The notes under the pieces are model-generated. The model did not search any database and was not told the origin of the DNA. It saw only the letters and a program-made list of their open reading frames with translations. From Candidatus Bathyarchaeia archaeon (GTDB lineage Archaea; Thermoproteota; Bathyarchaeia; Bathyarchaeales; Bathycorpusculaceae): 57,684 bases of DNA. The stretch's first letter is position 1, and every line of letters starts with the position of its first letter. The stretch covers positions 1 through 57,684 of the forward strand of contig JBEKXL010000015.1 of assembly GCA_049512075.1 (NCBI GenBank), read 5' to 3'. A program made the position numbers and the translations under genes. Positions 1 through 9,948 of the stretch are shown one piece after another.

Positions 1-75
1 GGCACGCAAGAGGGCTAAAAACAGATGCACACCTCAAAACTGCCCCCAAACCCGAAAATAAGAATTATAGCCATT

Positions 76-426
76 TTACACCAATTTCGGGACAAGGCAG
101 CGCGCTTCTATCTGGCGGAATCCTTCGACGCCTACGCGCTTCTTCATCTGGCTGAAGTGCGCTTCAGTGGGGATTTTGTTGCCGTAGCCGCAGGCGTTTC
201 GCAGGAAGCGGCTTCGCCTGAGCCGTTTCACCAAGTCCTTGCCGTAGGGTATCTGCTCCAGCTGACGCAAAAGGAGCGCTCGGAGGTCGCACTCCGGGCT
301 GTACTCTGCGGGTCGCCCCGCGCCTTCCTGGTGTAGACCGTTCCAGAGGATGGAGTGAAGAGGAGTTAAATCCAAGTTCTTGAATAGAAGCATGGCAGAA
401 CCTGATCTCTTCATTTTCGTATCCAT
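76..426 (-). pseudogene. N-terminal fragment of a DDE transposase (DUF772-like, IS5/IS1182-like), truncated
   Basis: Translation 'GAGRPAEYSPECDLRALLLRQLEQIP...LVKRLRRSRFLRNACG...PTEAHFSQMKKRVG' parallels the N-terminus of the transposase at 7564-8558. No DDE domain follows; the reading frame degenerates at a GCGCGC site (100-105). Confidence 0.75.
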
Positions 427-481
427 CAATATGAGGAGGTCGGGCTCCCCCAATATAAACCATGAATTATTTAATCCGCCC
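100..481 (-). mobile_element. IS remnant bounded by GCGCGCGC (482-489) and GCGCGC (100-105)
   Basis: Transposase fragment plus ~55 bp upstream region that ends exactly at the octamer; the other end is lost. Confidence 0.6.
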
Positions 482-516
482 GCGCGCGCTTTTCCTTTTG
501 GCCATTGTCTCACCCC

Positions 517-660
517 TCACATATCGTTAAAATCGTACTTCACATTGTGAAGCAGGTTGAAGATTCTGTCAACATGCTCTTGTGTTAGCTCGTTGGAGTT
601 TTCAATAATCGTTAATGCTTCAGCGAGAGTATGCAGTTGTATGTCTGCTCGGTAGGGCAT
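517..660 (-). CDS. Small hypothetical protein (47 aa from ATG 660)
   Basis: Only ORF between octamers at 482 and 776; helical amphipathic-looking sequence, no recognised motif. Confidence 0.35.
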   Translation of the reverse strand: MPYRADIQLHTLAEALTIIENSNELTQEHVDRIFNLLHNVKYDFNDM

Positions 661-783
661 GGCACGTGTTTCTTTTCCCAGTGCTTCACCACAAATCGAA
701 AGCTGATGCAAAAGGACAGGAGAAGTCTTGATAGGTGAAGGATGCTTGTTCACTGACAAACGATGTAGGTGTGAGGCGCGCGC

Positions 784-3700
784 TTAGCGTGCGCTGTCTT
801 TTTGTTTATCGTGCGTTTCAAGGCTTTCTTTGTTCAAGGGCAATTCGCAATCTGAATATTTCTGGTTAGTCATCTTCTTGACCCTTACAAACTTCAGAGG
901 TCCAGTTCCAGTGTCTTTTTCAAAGATGGCGATTTGTCCTTCGAATAGATCCAGAATTGCTTGAACTTCTTCTTGGGGGTGCATCTGGAGGTTAATCACT
1001 GCAAGCGTCGTGAACCCCTTCGATCTGAATTCGGGAATGAGGCCCGTCAGCCATCTTCTGGTCTGCAGGGCATGATGCTGCAGTAAAACGTCGGAAATGA
1101 TTTCAACGCAAGCTCTTCTAGGGACGTTTTGCAGTGCGTCAGGTGCGCGAAAGGCTTTGGCCAATGCGATGCTTATCTCGGTGAGGTTTTCCACACCTTT
1201 CAATTTGAATACGTTAGGCAAGCTCTCTATCATCGTGTCCGCCTGAGGACTGCAGACGAAAAGGTAGAAGTTTGACTGGTATTCTCTTGCCAGCGATGCC
1301 AGTTCAGCTGGGTCAATTGTGACGTGAAACGTGGCATCGCCACTCTTTGCCCCTGCTTCTAGAAATCCTTTGATGAGTGAATCCCTTTCGTCGCATGAAG
1401 GTGCAGTCAAGGCGACCGAGTATCCTTTTGGTATTCCGCCGTAGAGTAGGTTGTCGAGGGCCTCACATCCAGTTGGGATTCGGTTCGCAAGAGCAACCTT
1501 TGGAATCGTGACTGGTGCGGGCTGCGGATACGTTTTCTTGATGCGGTTTCTACTCGTCCTAACCCACACGCCTCCAACTAGAGATCCGGCAAGCACTGCA
1601 AACAGTGCGAGGACGAATGGCATGTTCGCAGGAGCGAACAGGTTGTTCCACCACGCAGCGGCTGGTAGGTAGTGGGCAACGGCCGTGTGCGGTCCGTACA
1701 CCGTGATGTTTATGGAGTTGCGGCCGGGTTCGTAGCTTGAGTCATCGACTGTCCAGCGGTCAAACACTTTGCCGCTTACGTTCTGAGCCGTACACGTCAG
1801 CACAGTACCATCGTCGTACCATGGTCCAGGTGAAAAACTGGGCTGGGGAATCAGGCCAGCAGGATCAGTGTTCACATTGACTCGGTACTGGGTCTTCCAA
1901 TTCCACATTAGGCTAGAAGGTTGAGTTATCGATAAGTTTGCTGACGTTTCTGTTCCGGATGCAGGAACGCTTCCGGTCCCATTCCATCCCGTGCACACGT
2001 ACTGAGTATCCGTCGGTGCTGGGGGCGTGACAGACGCGAGAATCGATGTTCCTGCTTCCATCCAGCCGCTGGAAAGCGTGGGCAAACCGTAGATAGAATC
2101 TACCGTCAAGTAGTACTCGTGTCTCCAGTTGACTGTTTCGTTGATGGGAGCATTCATGGTTATGAAACTTGAATCGGCCATGCCGCTGTAGCTGCCGCTG
2201 CCTGTTCCATTCCAGCCGAGCAAGACGTATCGTTCTTGCGTGGGTGAAAAAGCTAACGGTGGGGCCGTTGTGTTAACAGAAAAGGCTGAGTCGGCATTAC
2301 ACCAGTATGCACCGACTGATGGAATAGTGGTTCCAAGGTTTGCATTGATGATTAGTTGGTACTGAGGCTGGTATTTGGCTGTTAGCGTTGTCGTCCCGTT
2401 CACGAGCAGCGTTCTTGAATTCGATGTTTCATTGCCCTCCCATTGAATGAAGGCTGAACGTGAACCGAGTCCTGTTGAGACGTAGGCTGTTACGTTTACG
2501 GTGTAGTCGGCAGGCGGAAGGAACACTTGGGCTTTTCCATAGTCATCTGTAACGTACGAATAGTTAAGCGCGCCTGCGCTAACGGCTGTTACCGGTATGT
2601 ACGACTCATTGGCAACTGTTACCGGGATGTTAGGGTAGGGAGGAATTGTCTGAATTGTCAAGAGGCATCCGGACAAATGGTATTGTAGAAATTCATTCCA
2701 AGCAGTATCTGCCGCAAAGGTTGTGTTTTCATATTCCTTTTCGAAACTGCTATACCTCGCTCCATCACTCGGGAAGAATATCGCCAAGCCATAGGAATTT
2801 GGGAGCAATATGTTTTCTGCAATTATCGTGCTCTCGTTTATCGCTGTCATCACTTGGCCAGCAGCGTTTCGAAGCTCCTCGTCGACAGGATTTTGATAGG
2901 TTGAAGCATTGATAAGCTGGGCAAAGTGGCAGAGATCAACGTAGCAGCCCGTGTCCCCTTCGTATGGGCCTGGATATTCCTCAGTCTTGTTTCTTGCCCA
3001 GCATATCTGTTGGTCGTACGGCGTTTCTTTATCCTTTAACTCCATAGCAAAATCGTCGATGGCGGCACTTAGACTTGTGATTCTTGTCAGGTCGATTGCC
3101 GACATAGTTGCATTCTGAATCACCTGAGGATGACCTTGTTGGCTGTAAATTTGACGTTCGTGATTGCACCAGGCTATGTAGTCGCTGACCACTTGCGTCG
3201 CTAACTCGCTTGGCATCATCGATGGGTTGCTGGTCAGGTGTGCCAGGTACCAGTTATAAGGGCCTGGTGAGTAGCCAAGCCCTTCATAGCCAACCATTAT
3301 ATCTGCATAATCCTTAACCTGATAGGCAACCTCTGTCATAGACATGCTGCAAGCGTCATTGAATACTACATCGATTATTACTGGAAGCCCGTCCAGAGCT
3401 TGGCTCAATTTGGACATTGACAAAAAATCGTTGTTTGTTGAGTCAATACAAAGGCCCACAAAACCTGCTCCATGGTCCCAAAGCACCAGACAGTAGTGGT
3501 TGGCAGGATAACTGTCTATTGTCCAATTGACAAAATCCCTTAGAGTTGCAGGATCTCCCATGTCCACCTCGCCCAAATCCGATATTGCATTCCCAGCCGT
3601 AGGCGTCATGTTTGTCGTGACGTAGAAGCGTTTACAATCAGTCCAATTGTCAAACCTGCCGTCGCTTGTCCAAACGCCATTATTCCACCAGCCTGCAATT

Positions 3701-4875
3701 CTGTCCATCTGTACGACCACGTTAACTTGGGATGAGGAACCGACCTCGGCGATATTCAGAAAAGTATCTATTCCTGCGGAACCATTTTGACCTTCTACGC
3801 TAAAATTGTAGTCTGCATCAAGGTACACCATGAATGTCCAGTCTGCGACGGGTTTGTTTGCAACGACGAAAGGCGTGGTCGCGACAGGCCCGTAAGGCAT
3901 CCATGTCCCGTTGAAATAGCTGTCAAGGTAGACTTCCACTTTCCAGTTTCCGACAGGGGTGCTTGAATTGATGGGCATATAATCGTCCGTGGCGTAGTCG
4001 TATTCCCCACAGTTCCAAGTCACGTTCACATCTTTGTAGTCAGTGAAGTTGCCCGAGTACGTTTCATATATGCTGCCGTCGGGCTGAATCCAAACGGTCG
4101 TGAAGTTGTGGCTGCATCCTAGCTCTTCGTTGAAGTAGGCGATTTTGTCAAACCTGAGATAATAGTATACGTTTGAGTCTGCTCCGATGGTGAACCGGGA
4201 TTTCATGTTGATTGGATTCCCGTTTGTGTCAACACCCTCGCAAGTGCGAGGGCTTTCCAGCCCGCCGTTGGTTATCTCGAAGAAATCTGAAAACGAAAAC
4301 TTCCCGTTTAGGTAAGCGTCAACCTTATAAGCCCTCGGGCAATACAGCTCGTGCCCTGCGATGAATAGGTGGCCTTCGCACCCCATATTTGTCACCGTTG
4401 TTGCGCAGGAGTAGCATAAAACCCAAGTTTTAGATGTGTCGCTCCTATAGTACCATCTGAACTCAACAGAACCATTGATTGGACTTGTTACCAGACACAC
4501 CGCTTTTTCGTCACCAGGACTGAAAATCGTCGTGAGATCAACGGGGGCGCCATCTGGTGTATAGTCCTTGCACATCGCATGGTTGATTAAAGGAGAACTT
4601 GAGGCAGAAGCGCTCACACGCAAGGTTTGAAGACCTCCTTGATATGTTTCTGTTGAATTCTCCTGAGCAAGCTCGACTACTGACGTATCAGATTCAGGTC
4701 TTTGGGAACCCATGGAGCCCCCAATCTTTTGCGCGGTTGGAGCGTTCTCTCTTGCATAGGCATCGTCCGAAAATGCCGTCCCTGCTGCATTGACCCCCAC
4801 GTGAATCACTGATGATAGAGTGAAAAAAAAGACTAGAAAAATGAGAAAAACTACTCCGCTAACCCTCAATTTCAC
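784..4875 (-). CDS. Secreted clostripain-family (peptidase C11) protein with beta-rich repeats, one TM helix and a C-terminal KaiC/RAD55-like ATPase domain
   Basis: N-terminal signal peptide; C11 motifs WTFMVYLDAD, LWDHGAG (His) and DACSM (Cys); repeated 'WNGTGSG/V' modules; TM 'FVLALFAVLAGSLVGGVWV'; 'RIPTGCEALDNLLYGGIP' RecA/KaiC start with a degenerate Walker A. Confidence 0.85.
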   Translation of the reverse strand: MKLRVSGVVFLIFLVFFFTLSSVIHVGVNAAGTAFSDDAYARENAPTAQKIGGSMGSQRPESDTSVVELAQENSTETYQGGLQTLRVSASASSSPLINHAMCKDYTPDGAPVDLTTIFSPGDEKAVCLVTSPINGSVEFRWYYRSDTSKTWVLCYSCATTVTNMGCEGHLFIAGHELYCPRAYKVDAYLNGKFSFSDFFEITNGGLESPRTCEGVDTNGNPINMKSRFTIGADSNVYYYLRFDKIAYFNEELGCSHNFTTVWIQPDGSIYETYSGNFTDYKDVNVTWNCGEYDYATDDYMPINSSTPVGNWKVEVYLDSYFNGTWMPYGPVATTPFVVANKPVADWTFMVYLDADYNFSVEGQNGSAGIDTFLNIAEVGSSSQVNVVVQMDRIAGWWNNGVWTSDGRFDNWTDCKRFYVTTNMTPTAGNAISDLGEVDMGDPATLRDFVNWTIDSYPANHYCLVLWDHGAGFVGLCIDSTNNDFLSMSKLSQALDGLPVIIDVVFNDACSMSMTEVAYQVKDYADIMVGYEGLGYSPGPYNWYLAHLTSNPSMMPSELATQVVSDYIAWCNHERQIYSQQGHPQVIQNATMSAIDLTRITSLSAAIDDFAMELKDKETPYDQQICWARNKTEEYPGPYEGDTGCYVDLCHFAQLINASTYQNPVDEELRNAAGQVMTAINESTIIAENILLPNSYGLAIFFPSDGARYSSFEKEYENTTFAADTAWNEFLQYHLSGCLLTIQTIPPYPNIPVTVANESYIPVTAVSAGALNYSYVTDDYGKAQVFLPPADYTVNVTAYVSTGLGSRSAFIQWEGNETSNSRTLLVNGTTTLTAKYQPQYQLIINANLGTTIPSVGAYWCNADSAFSVNTTAPPLAFSPTQERYVLLGWNGTGSGSYSGMADSSFITMNAPINETVNWRHEYYLTVDSIYGLPTLSSGWMEAGTSILASVTPPAPTDTQYVCTGWNGTGSVPASGTETSANLSITQPSSLMWNWKTQYRVNVNTDPAGLIPQPSFSPGPWYDDGTVLTCTAQNVSGKVFDRWTVDDSSYEPGRNSINITVYGPHTAVAHYLPAAAWWNNLFAPANMPFVLALFAVLAGSLVGGVWVRTSRNRIKKTYPQPAPVTIPKVALANRIPTGCEALDNLLYGGIPKGYSVALTAPSCDERDSLIKGFLEAGAKSGDATFHVTIDPAELASLAREYQSNFYLFVCSPQADTMIESLPNVFKLKGVENLTEISIALAKAFRAPDALQNVPRRACVEIISDVLLQHHALQTRRWLTGLIPEFRSKGFTTLAVINLQMHPQEEVQAILDLFEGQIAIFEKDTGTGPLKFVRVKKMTNQKYSDCELPLNKESLETHDKQKDSAR

Positions 4876-4999
4876 CCCTCATGCTCAATATGAATTAGCG
4901 CGCGTGCGCTCTATATAAGAGTTCGAAGACGCTGATTTGAGGGAATTGTTTTAAAGAAACTATGGAAGAACACTGAACGCGCGCGCTCTCTTAAGGGCA

Positions 5000-5212
5000 C
5001 TATATTGTCACTGTTATGCCTATTGCGAAGGCGAGGGCGGCGATGAATAAAAGCGAAAAAACCGTAACGTAGGCAGCTGTCCGCGTCATTGATCCTCCAC
5101 CGAAAAATCCCCAAGGAATCATCTTATTCTTAGGAGTCTGCCTAATAAGATACCAGTACCCAGCAGCGATGAGAACACAGAACGCACCCACCAAGAATGC
5201 GGGAAAATACAT
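5000..5212 (-). CDS. Small two-TM membrane protein
   Basis: Two hydrophobic segments; lies between octamers at 4979 and 5271. Confidence 0.55.
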   Translation of the reverse strand: MYFPAFLVGAFCVLIAAGYWYLIRQTPKNKMIPWGFFGGGSMTRTAAYVTVFSLLFIAALAFAIGITVTI

Positions 5213-5365
5213 CAACCCTACCCACAAATCTACACAACAATAAAACAGTTAAAACTTGCTATGCGCGAGTGCGCGCGCTGTGAGTAAGAGCGCGTGCGCT
5301 CTATCGAGTGATTCATGCGCTAGCCTAGAACCTTCAAGCCTGCCTTGTCAGATTCTTTGCGGGCG

Positions 5366-5497
5366 CTATTTTTCGCCTTTGGTGTATTCTGGAGGGAGTT
5401 GAGTGTTTCGTCTCTCTTTCCTTTTTAGTTCTTTTTCTCTCTGCAATTTCATGTGCTGTTTATGATCTGTAGCTTTCTGTTTCTTACCTTTTGACAC
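5366..5497 (-). CDS. Small basic hypothetical protein (43 aa, MSKGKKQKATDHKQHMKLQREKELKRKERR...)
   Basis: GTG start preceded by AGGAGG and an upstream TATA-like element (~5538-5545); below the ORF-track cutoff. Confidence 0.45.
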   Translation of the reverse strand: MSKGKKQKATDHKQHMKLQREKELKRKERRNTQLPPEYTKGEK

Positions 5498-5671
5498 ATT
5501 TCATCCTCCTCAACACGTTAGACTTTGTTCTTACGTCTATAAGAAATGCGCGTGTCTTATGCATTTAGCTTCCTTTAGTGCAATCCAAGGAGCAACGTAG
5601 AAATGATGACTTTTCCCCGATAACTTAGTTTCAGCGGTCAACTTTGTCTTGGCTATGAGATAGCAAGAAGC

Positions 5672-5941
5672 TCAGCGCAACCTTGTAAAAGCAGCCAGAT
5701 ATTCAACTTTGCGCTTGTGATATACCTTGCATTCTTTGACGACTTTTTTCCCGTATGGCGGCGGGTACATCATACCCATCCTTGCCAGCAACATGAGTTG
5801 CGTTGCCTGATCCTGCCTTGTTTCGCTGTATTCTGGGCATCCTATGCATTGATCGGGGAACTCATTGAAGCACACATGTTGTACTTCCAAAACTATTCCC
5901 CCAGCGCGAGCGCTCGGGATATCTTCTTCCTTAGATGACAA
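5672..5941 (-). CDS. Hypothetical Cys-rich protein
   Basis: 89-aa ORF with C-x7-CIGC and a distal Cys; possible metal binding. Confidence 0.5.
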   Translation of the reverse strand: MSSKEEDIPSARAGGIVLEVQHVCFNEFPDQCIGCPEYSETRQDQATQLMLLARMGMMYPPPYGKKVVKECKVYHKRKVEYLAAFTRLR

Positions 5942-6238
5942 AGGGGCCGAACGGAGATATTAAGATGTATGGAGCTATCTTCTATCCTCGTCTGATCTGA
6001 AAACTCGCGCGCGCGAAGCATGGGTTAAGAGCGAGATTGAGAAAGGCACGTTCCGAAAGAGATCAGACGCTCTTAAGGAGGGTCTTCTGCGTATGCGCGA
6101 AGCCATGAAAGAAAAGAAAGAATAGCGAACCGTTTCTTATTCATAAAGCTGGTTCAGCACTCAAGCGCGCGCTAACTTTTAATAATAGTTTCAACACAAG
6201 TAACATTTGCGAGAACAAGAGTTAAGGAGAATGGAAAA

Positions 6239-7390
6239 TTGAAACAAGCATCGTTAATAATGATTGGTCTAAGTCTCTTGATGTTTTCGGTCCTTGCACC
6301 TCAGGTGAAAGCATTTGGCATCACGGCATATCCTTGGTCAATGTTTCACCACGATTCAATGCACACAGGATTTTCCCTGTCACCAGCGCCGAACGTGAAT
6401 AGCATCCTTTGGACATTTCAAACCGCCGGCGGAATCGTAGGATCCCCAGCCGTTGTTGATGGTAAAGTCTTCGTAGGAACAGAAAACTCGCTTTACGCTG
6501 TAGATCAGATCAATGGCAAATTGTTGTGGAGCAGACAAGATATTGGCTCCTGGTGGAGTTCACCAGCTGTTGACGACGGTAAAGTCTTCATCTGCGACTT
6601 CAGCAATATATACGCTCTCAAAGAGAGTGATGGCAGCACAGTATGGAGTTACCCGTTAGACTTCTTCGCTTATTATTCATCACCCACTGTCGTTGGTAAC
6701 CTCGTGTTTGTAGGGGATATCGATGGCATCTATGCTCTTAATGAAAAAACCGGAGCCAAAGTATGGAACTACGCGTTACCAGATGTATTTTGTAGTGTAG
6801 CAGCAGCCAACGGTATGATCTTTGCTGCCAACCTTGGGCCCCCTTGCTCGTTGGTCGCTCTGAACATGTATACTGGTCATGTTGTTTGGAGCCTCAGTTT
6901 AGATTATGGTGGCTCATTCGTCGCTTCTCCCGCCGTTGCTGACGGCAGGGTCTTTGTGTCAGTCCTCACGGGCGACTTGGCAAACGGATGTGTTCTTGCT
7001 CTTAACCAGTTCAACGGTCACATTATATGGCGAAGTATGGAAACTGGCCCTATTTACTCTTCTCCAGCTGTGGCCTACGACAAAGTCTTCGTTGGCAGTG
7101 ATGATAACAACACCTACGCTTTTCATGAGAAGGATGGCAGCTTAATTTGGAGTTACGCAACTGGTAATATCATCGAAGCATCTTCTCCTGCTGTAGCCGA
7201 CAACAAAGTTTTCATAGGCTCATGGGACAACTACGTGTATGCTCTGGACCAACATACTGGAACCCTCTTATGGAGACTCAAAACAGGAGGCGCGACAGGT
7301 TCACCAGCTATTGCCGATGGCGTTTTATATGCGGGTTCATTAGATGGAAGACTATACGCTGTTGGGACGCACGCGCACAAACGGTTCTAA
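6239..7390 (+). CDS. Secreted PQQ-binding-like (BamB-type) beta-propeller repeat protein
   Basis: Signal peptide, WSMFHHD...TG start, about eight repeats of 'SSPAV.DGKVFVGS.D..YAL....G..W'; GGAG RBS, upstream TATA, downstream T-tract. Confidence 0.9.
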   Translation: MKQASLIMIGLSLLMFSVLAPQVKAFGITAYPWSMFHHDSMHTGFSLSPAPNVNSILWTFQTAGGIVGSPAVVDGKVFVGTENSLYAVDQINGKLLWSRQDIGSWWSSPAVDDGKVFICDFSNIYALKESDGSTVWSYPLDFFAYYSSPTVVGNLVFVGDIDGIYALNEKTGAKVWNYALPDVFCSVAAANGMIFAANLGPPCSLVALNMYTGHVVWSLSLDYGGSFVASPAVADGRVFVSVLTGDLANGCVLALNQFNGHIIWRSMETGPIYSSPAVAYDKVFVGSDDNNTYAFHEKDGSLIWSYATGNIIEASSPAVADNKVFIGSWDNYVYALDQHTGTLLWRLKTGGATGSPAIADGVLYAGSLDGRLYAVGTHAHKRF

Positions 7391-7523
7391 ATCTAAGCAC
7401 AAAAATCAGGCAAACTCCCACATTTTTTCTATTTTCGCAAAACCGAAAAGGGACGCGCAGCATGCCTCTGTTGGAACTAGTTCGTGAGAGACTGTGTTTC
7501 ATTGCCTAAACAATGGCGCGCGC

Positions 7524-8633
7524 CAGCTCGTTGCTAAATCGATTTCTTTGTGTTAATTTCTCTTTATCTTGCGAGTATAGTGATGGATCTGGCTTTTTCC
7601 GGCCTGTTCAGCCTCAACGCTGTTAATGCATTCAGAAGCATGGCGATTATACAGAGCAGAGCATGTATGGTCATACGTTCGAGGCCTCTGGCCTGTGCCT
7701 TTCAAGACAGAGCTGTCCCTTCAGCCTTGAATTCACCCGCTCAATGGCTCCCCTCTGAGCGTAAATCTGGCGTTCGCCTGCAGGACCATGAGTCCTGAAG
7801 TACTTGTCCACACGCAGTAGTGTCTTCTTTTCTTTGCTCTGGTTCGCCGGGTAAGGAATGACGACCTTTACGCCGTGAGTTGAAAGCTGTTCTCTCAGTT
7901 TTCTGCTGGAGAATTGCGAATCCGCAACGAGTGTTTTTGTGCGCTGCTCTGTGGTTTTCAACGCCTTGCGAAAGAGCGCTGATGCGTGTTTCTTCTCGTT
8001 CTCGTTGGCCGACGCAGCGATAACTGCCAGAGGCAGCTCCGACTTCGCGTCTGCTGCAACGTGCAGTTTGTAGCCGAGCTCGTAGGTTTTGCCGTTCCTC
8101 CCCACCCTGGCTTCAGGGTCTGACTTTCCACGACTGGTCTCATGCGGATCTCTTCTGCTGTAAGCCTTGACGAAGGTGGCGTCCAGCACCACGGTTTCAC
8201 CGCTAATAACGCCTCTCTTCAAAAGTTCCTTGAGCAGCCTGTTCATGATTCTTTGAAGCCTTCGTGTTCCGACGCGTTTCTTGAACCGCGACAGCTGCGA
8301 TGGATGATAAGGATTCTGTTCCGTTTCGATGTCGCAGATCTCCCTCAAGTTATCGTCTTTCCATAACCGTCTACAAAGTTCTCTCTCGCTGGGAATCTGC
8401 TGAAGCCGCTTCACGATCAACGCTTTGAAGATGCCAATCGGTTTCCTGGGCGGCCTACCCGGCCCATCTTCTTTATGGTAAGCTTTCTTGACAACCTTCG
8501 CTATATCATCTAAGCCTAGTTTAGATAGGATGGCGCATGAGAATTCGGGTTTCTCCATCCTTCACCCTGAGTATTCAAGTCGAAACAAGCTTAAACAGCA
8601 ACATGTCAACTCTCATAATTTTGCAACAAGCTG
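7524..8633 (-). mobile_element. Complete 1110-bp insertion sequence (IS5/IS1182-like DDE) flanked by GCGCGCGC on both sides
   Basis: 16-bp terminal inverted repeats CAGCTCGTTGCTAAAT (7524-7539) and ATTTTGCAACAAGCTG (8618-8633), 14/16 match; GCGCGCGC at 7516-7523 and 8634-8641. Confidence 0.9.
7564..8558 (-). pseudogene. DDE transposase with a 1-nt frameshift near the C-terminus
   Basis: Motifs VVLDATFVKA (D), LVADSQF (D), RGAIERVNSRLK (E). The frame stops at 7671, but the expected tail 'RGLERMTIHALLCIIAMLLNALTALRLNRPEKARSIT' continues in another frame from ~7691 to TAA at 7564. Confidence 0.85.
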
Positions 8634-8684
8634 GCGCGCGCTTTATGGAGAAAAAATAGGGATATGAAACTCAGAATACGTTGA

Positions 8685-8999
8685 TTATTTTTTTGGTTTC
8701 AGGGGTTCGGGGGCCACAGGTGACTTGTCCCAGAGATTCCAACATAGGTCATGGGCGTGCATCATTGTTTTGGTCATCATGTCTTTGATTTTTGGGTCGT
8801 CTAGAGCCTTTCCCCACGACATGTATGAGTCGAACTCCATCTCGACAAGTACGTTGAGCGTTCCGGTCTCTCGGTATCCCCTGAACTCCTTGAGGCCGGG
8901 GGTCGAGAGCCAGGCGGGAACGGCGACCTCCTTTGCGAATTTCGTGTAAGCATCTATCTTATCCTTATCGATTGTGTACTTTACATAGTAGAGAACCAT
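8685..8999 (-). CDS. Dimeric alpha/beta barrel (NIPSNAP/ABM-like) protein
   Basis: 104 aa; pattern 'PGLKEFRGYR...VLVEMEFDSYMSW.KAL'; GGAGG RBS. Confidence 0.65.
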   Translation of the reverse strand: MVLYYVKYTIDKDKIDAYTKFAKEVAVPAWLSTPGLKEFRGYRETGTLNVLVEMEFDSYMSWGKALDDPKIKDMMTKTMMHAHDLCWNLWDKSPVAPEPLKPKK

Positions 9000-9260
9000 G
9001 CTTCATCCCTCCGTAGCTGGATAGAGAAGTTGAATTTAAAAATGTTTCGCACGACCCCTAAACGTTAACATCTTGTTGTTTCTTTGCATGTTCGGGCTTC
9101 GGATAAAACTCTACCCCCACACACGCAATAATCCCTTTTCGGTTCAGCATAACTTTTCCGCAAAACCAAAAACTGGCTTTCTTCATGATGAAAAACCTTT
9201 ATGGACTCCCTGAAATCTTGCATAAGAGTTAACATAAGGGTTGTTAGAGTTCTTGTTGAA

Positions 9261-9681
9261 ATGACCAATATGCTTCAGATGAAGCTGGATTCTATTCAGC
9301 CGTCTCAGTTATACATTAATTCTGAGAAATTACGTTATGTTATGAGACAACTTGTCTAAACCATGTTTTGCTGAGCCTGTTCCAGTGAAGAAACTGGGAG
9401 ACCAAGTTGTTCTTGTTGACGGGCACACAAGAGCCTTTGCAGCATTCTTGCTTGGTTTTTCTGAAATTCCAGTCGAATGGGAAGATGAAGAGCTCGATTG
9501 GGAAGAATACGAAGTCTGTGTTAGATGGTGCAAGGAAGAAGGAATTCACACCATATCAGATTTGAAAAACAGGGTCATATCACCCAAGGATTACCAAGTC
9601 CTATGGCTTGACAGATGTGCAAGAATGCAAAGAGACTTGGAAGAAAAGAGAAAAGCTCAGAAGAACAGAGCAAAGACATAA
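9261..9681 (+). pseudogene. ParB/sulfiredoxin-like domain protein, frameshifted
   Basis: 'IQPSQLYINSEKL' (frame from ATG 9261, stop at ~9357) continues in another frame as 'EPVPVKKLGDQVVLVDGHTRAFAA' (9352-9681). Confidence 0.7.
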
Positions 9682-9699
9682 TAGCACGGTGCAATCTTT

Positions 9700-9948
9700 C
9701 TACTTCTTCTTCTTCGGTTTCTTGTAAGTTACGTATGCCTCTGTAACCTTTGAATCCAATGGTTTTAGTTCTGTTATTACCCATTCCCTAATCTCTATAG
9801 TTGCTGTTCCTTCTTTTACCTTGCCTGCCACCTTATCCGCTACTTTTGTTGCGTGTTCTTCTTTGGCTCCAGCCTTCTTCACAGAAGTTTTACACTTTGC
9901 TTTGTCAAACTCTTGCATAACCCCCGAACGCTTCTTCACTTTAGCCAA
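9700..9948 (-). CDS. Stand-alone ATP-cone domain protein
   Basis: 'VKKRSG..QEFDKAK...SVKKAG...TIEIREWVITEL' ATP-cone signature; GAGGTG RBS. Confidence 0.8.
   Translation of the reverse strand: MAKVKKRSGVMQEFDKAKCKTSVKKAGAKEEHATKVADKVAGKVKEGTATIEIREWVITELKPLDSKVTEAYVTYKKPKKKK

Noticed and set aside
5226-5255. Fifth copy of the promoter/leader repeat (AAATCTACACAACAATAAAAC)
   Set aside because: Only ~10 bp match, low complexity, and oriented opposite to the adjacent gene.
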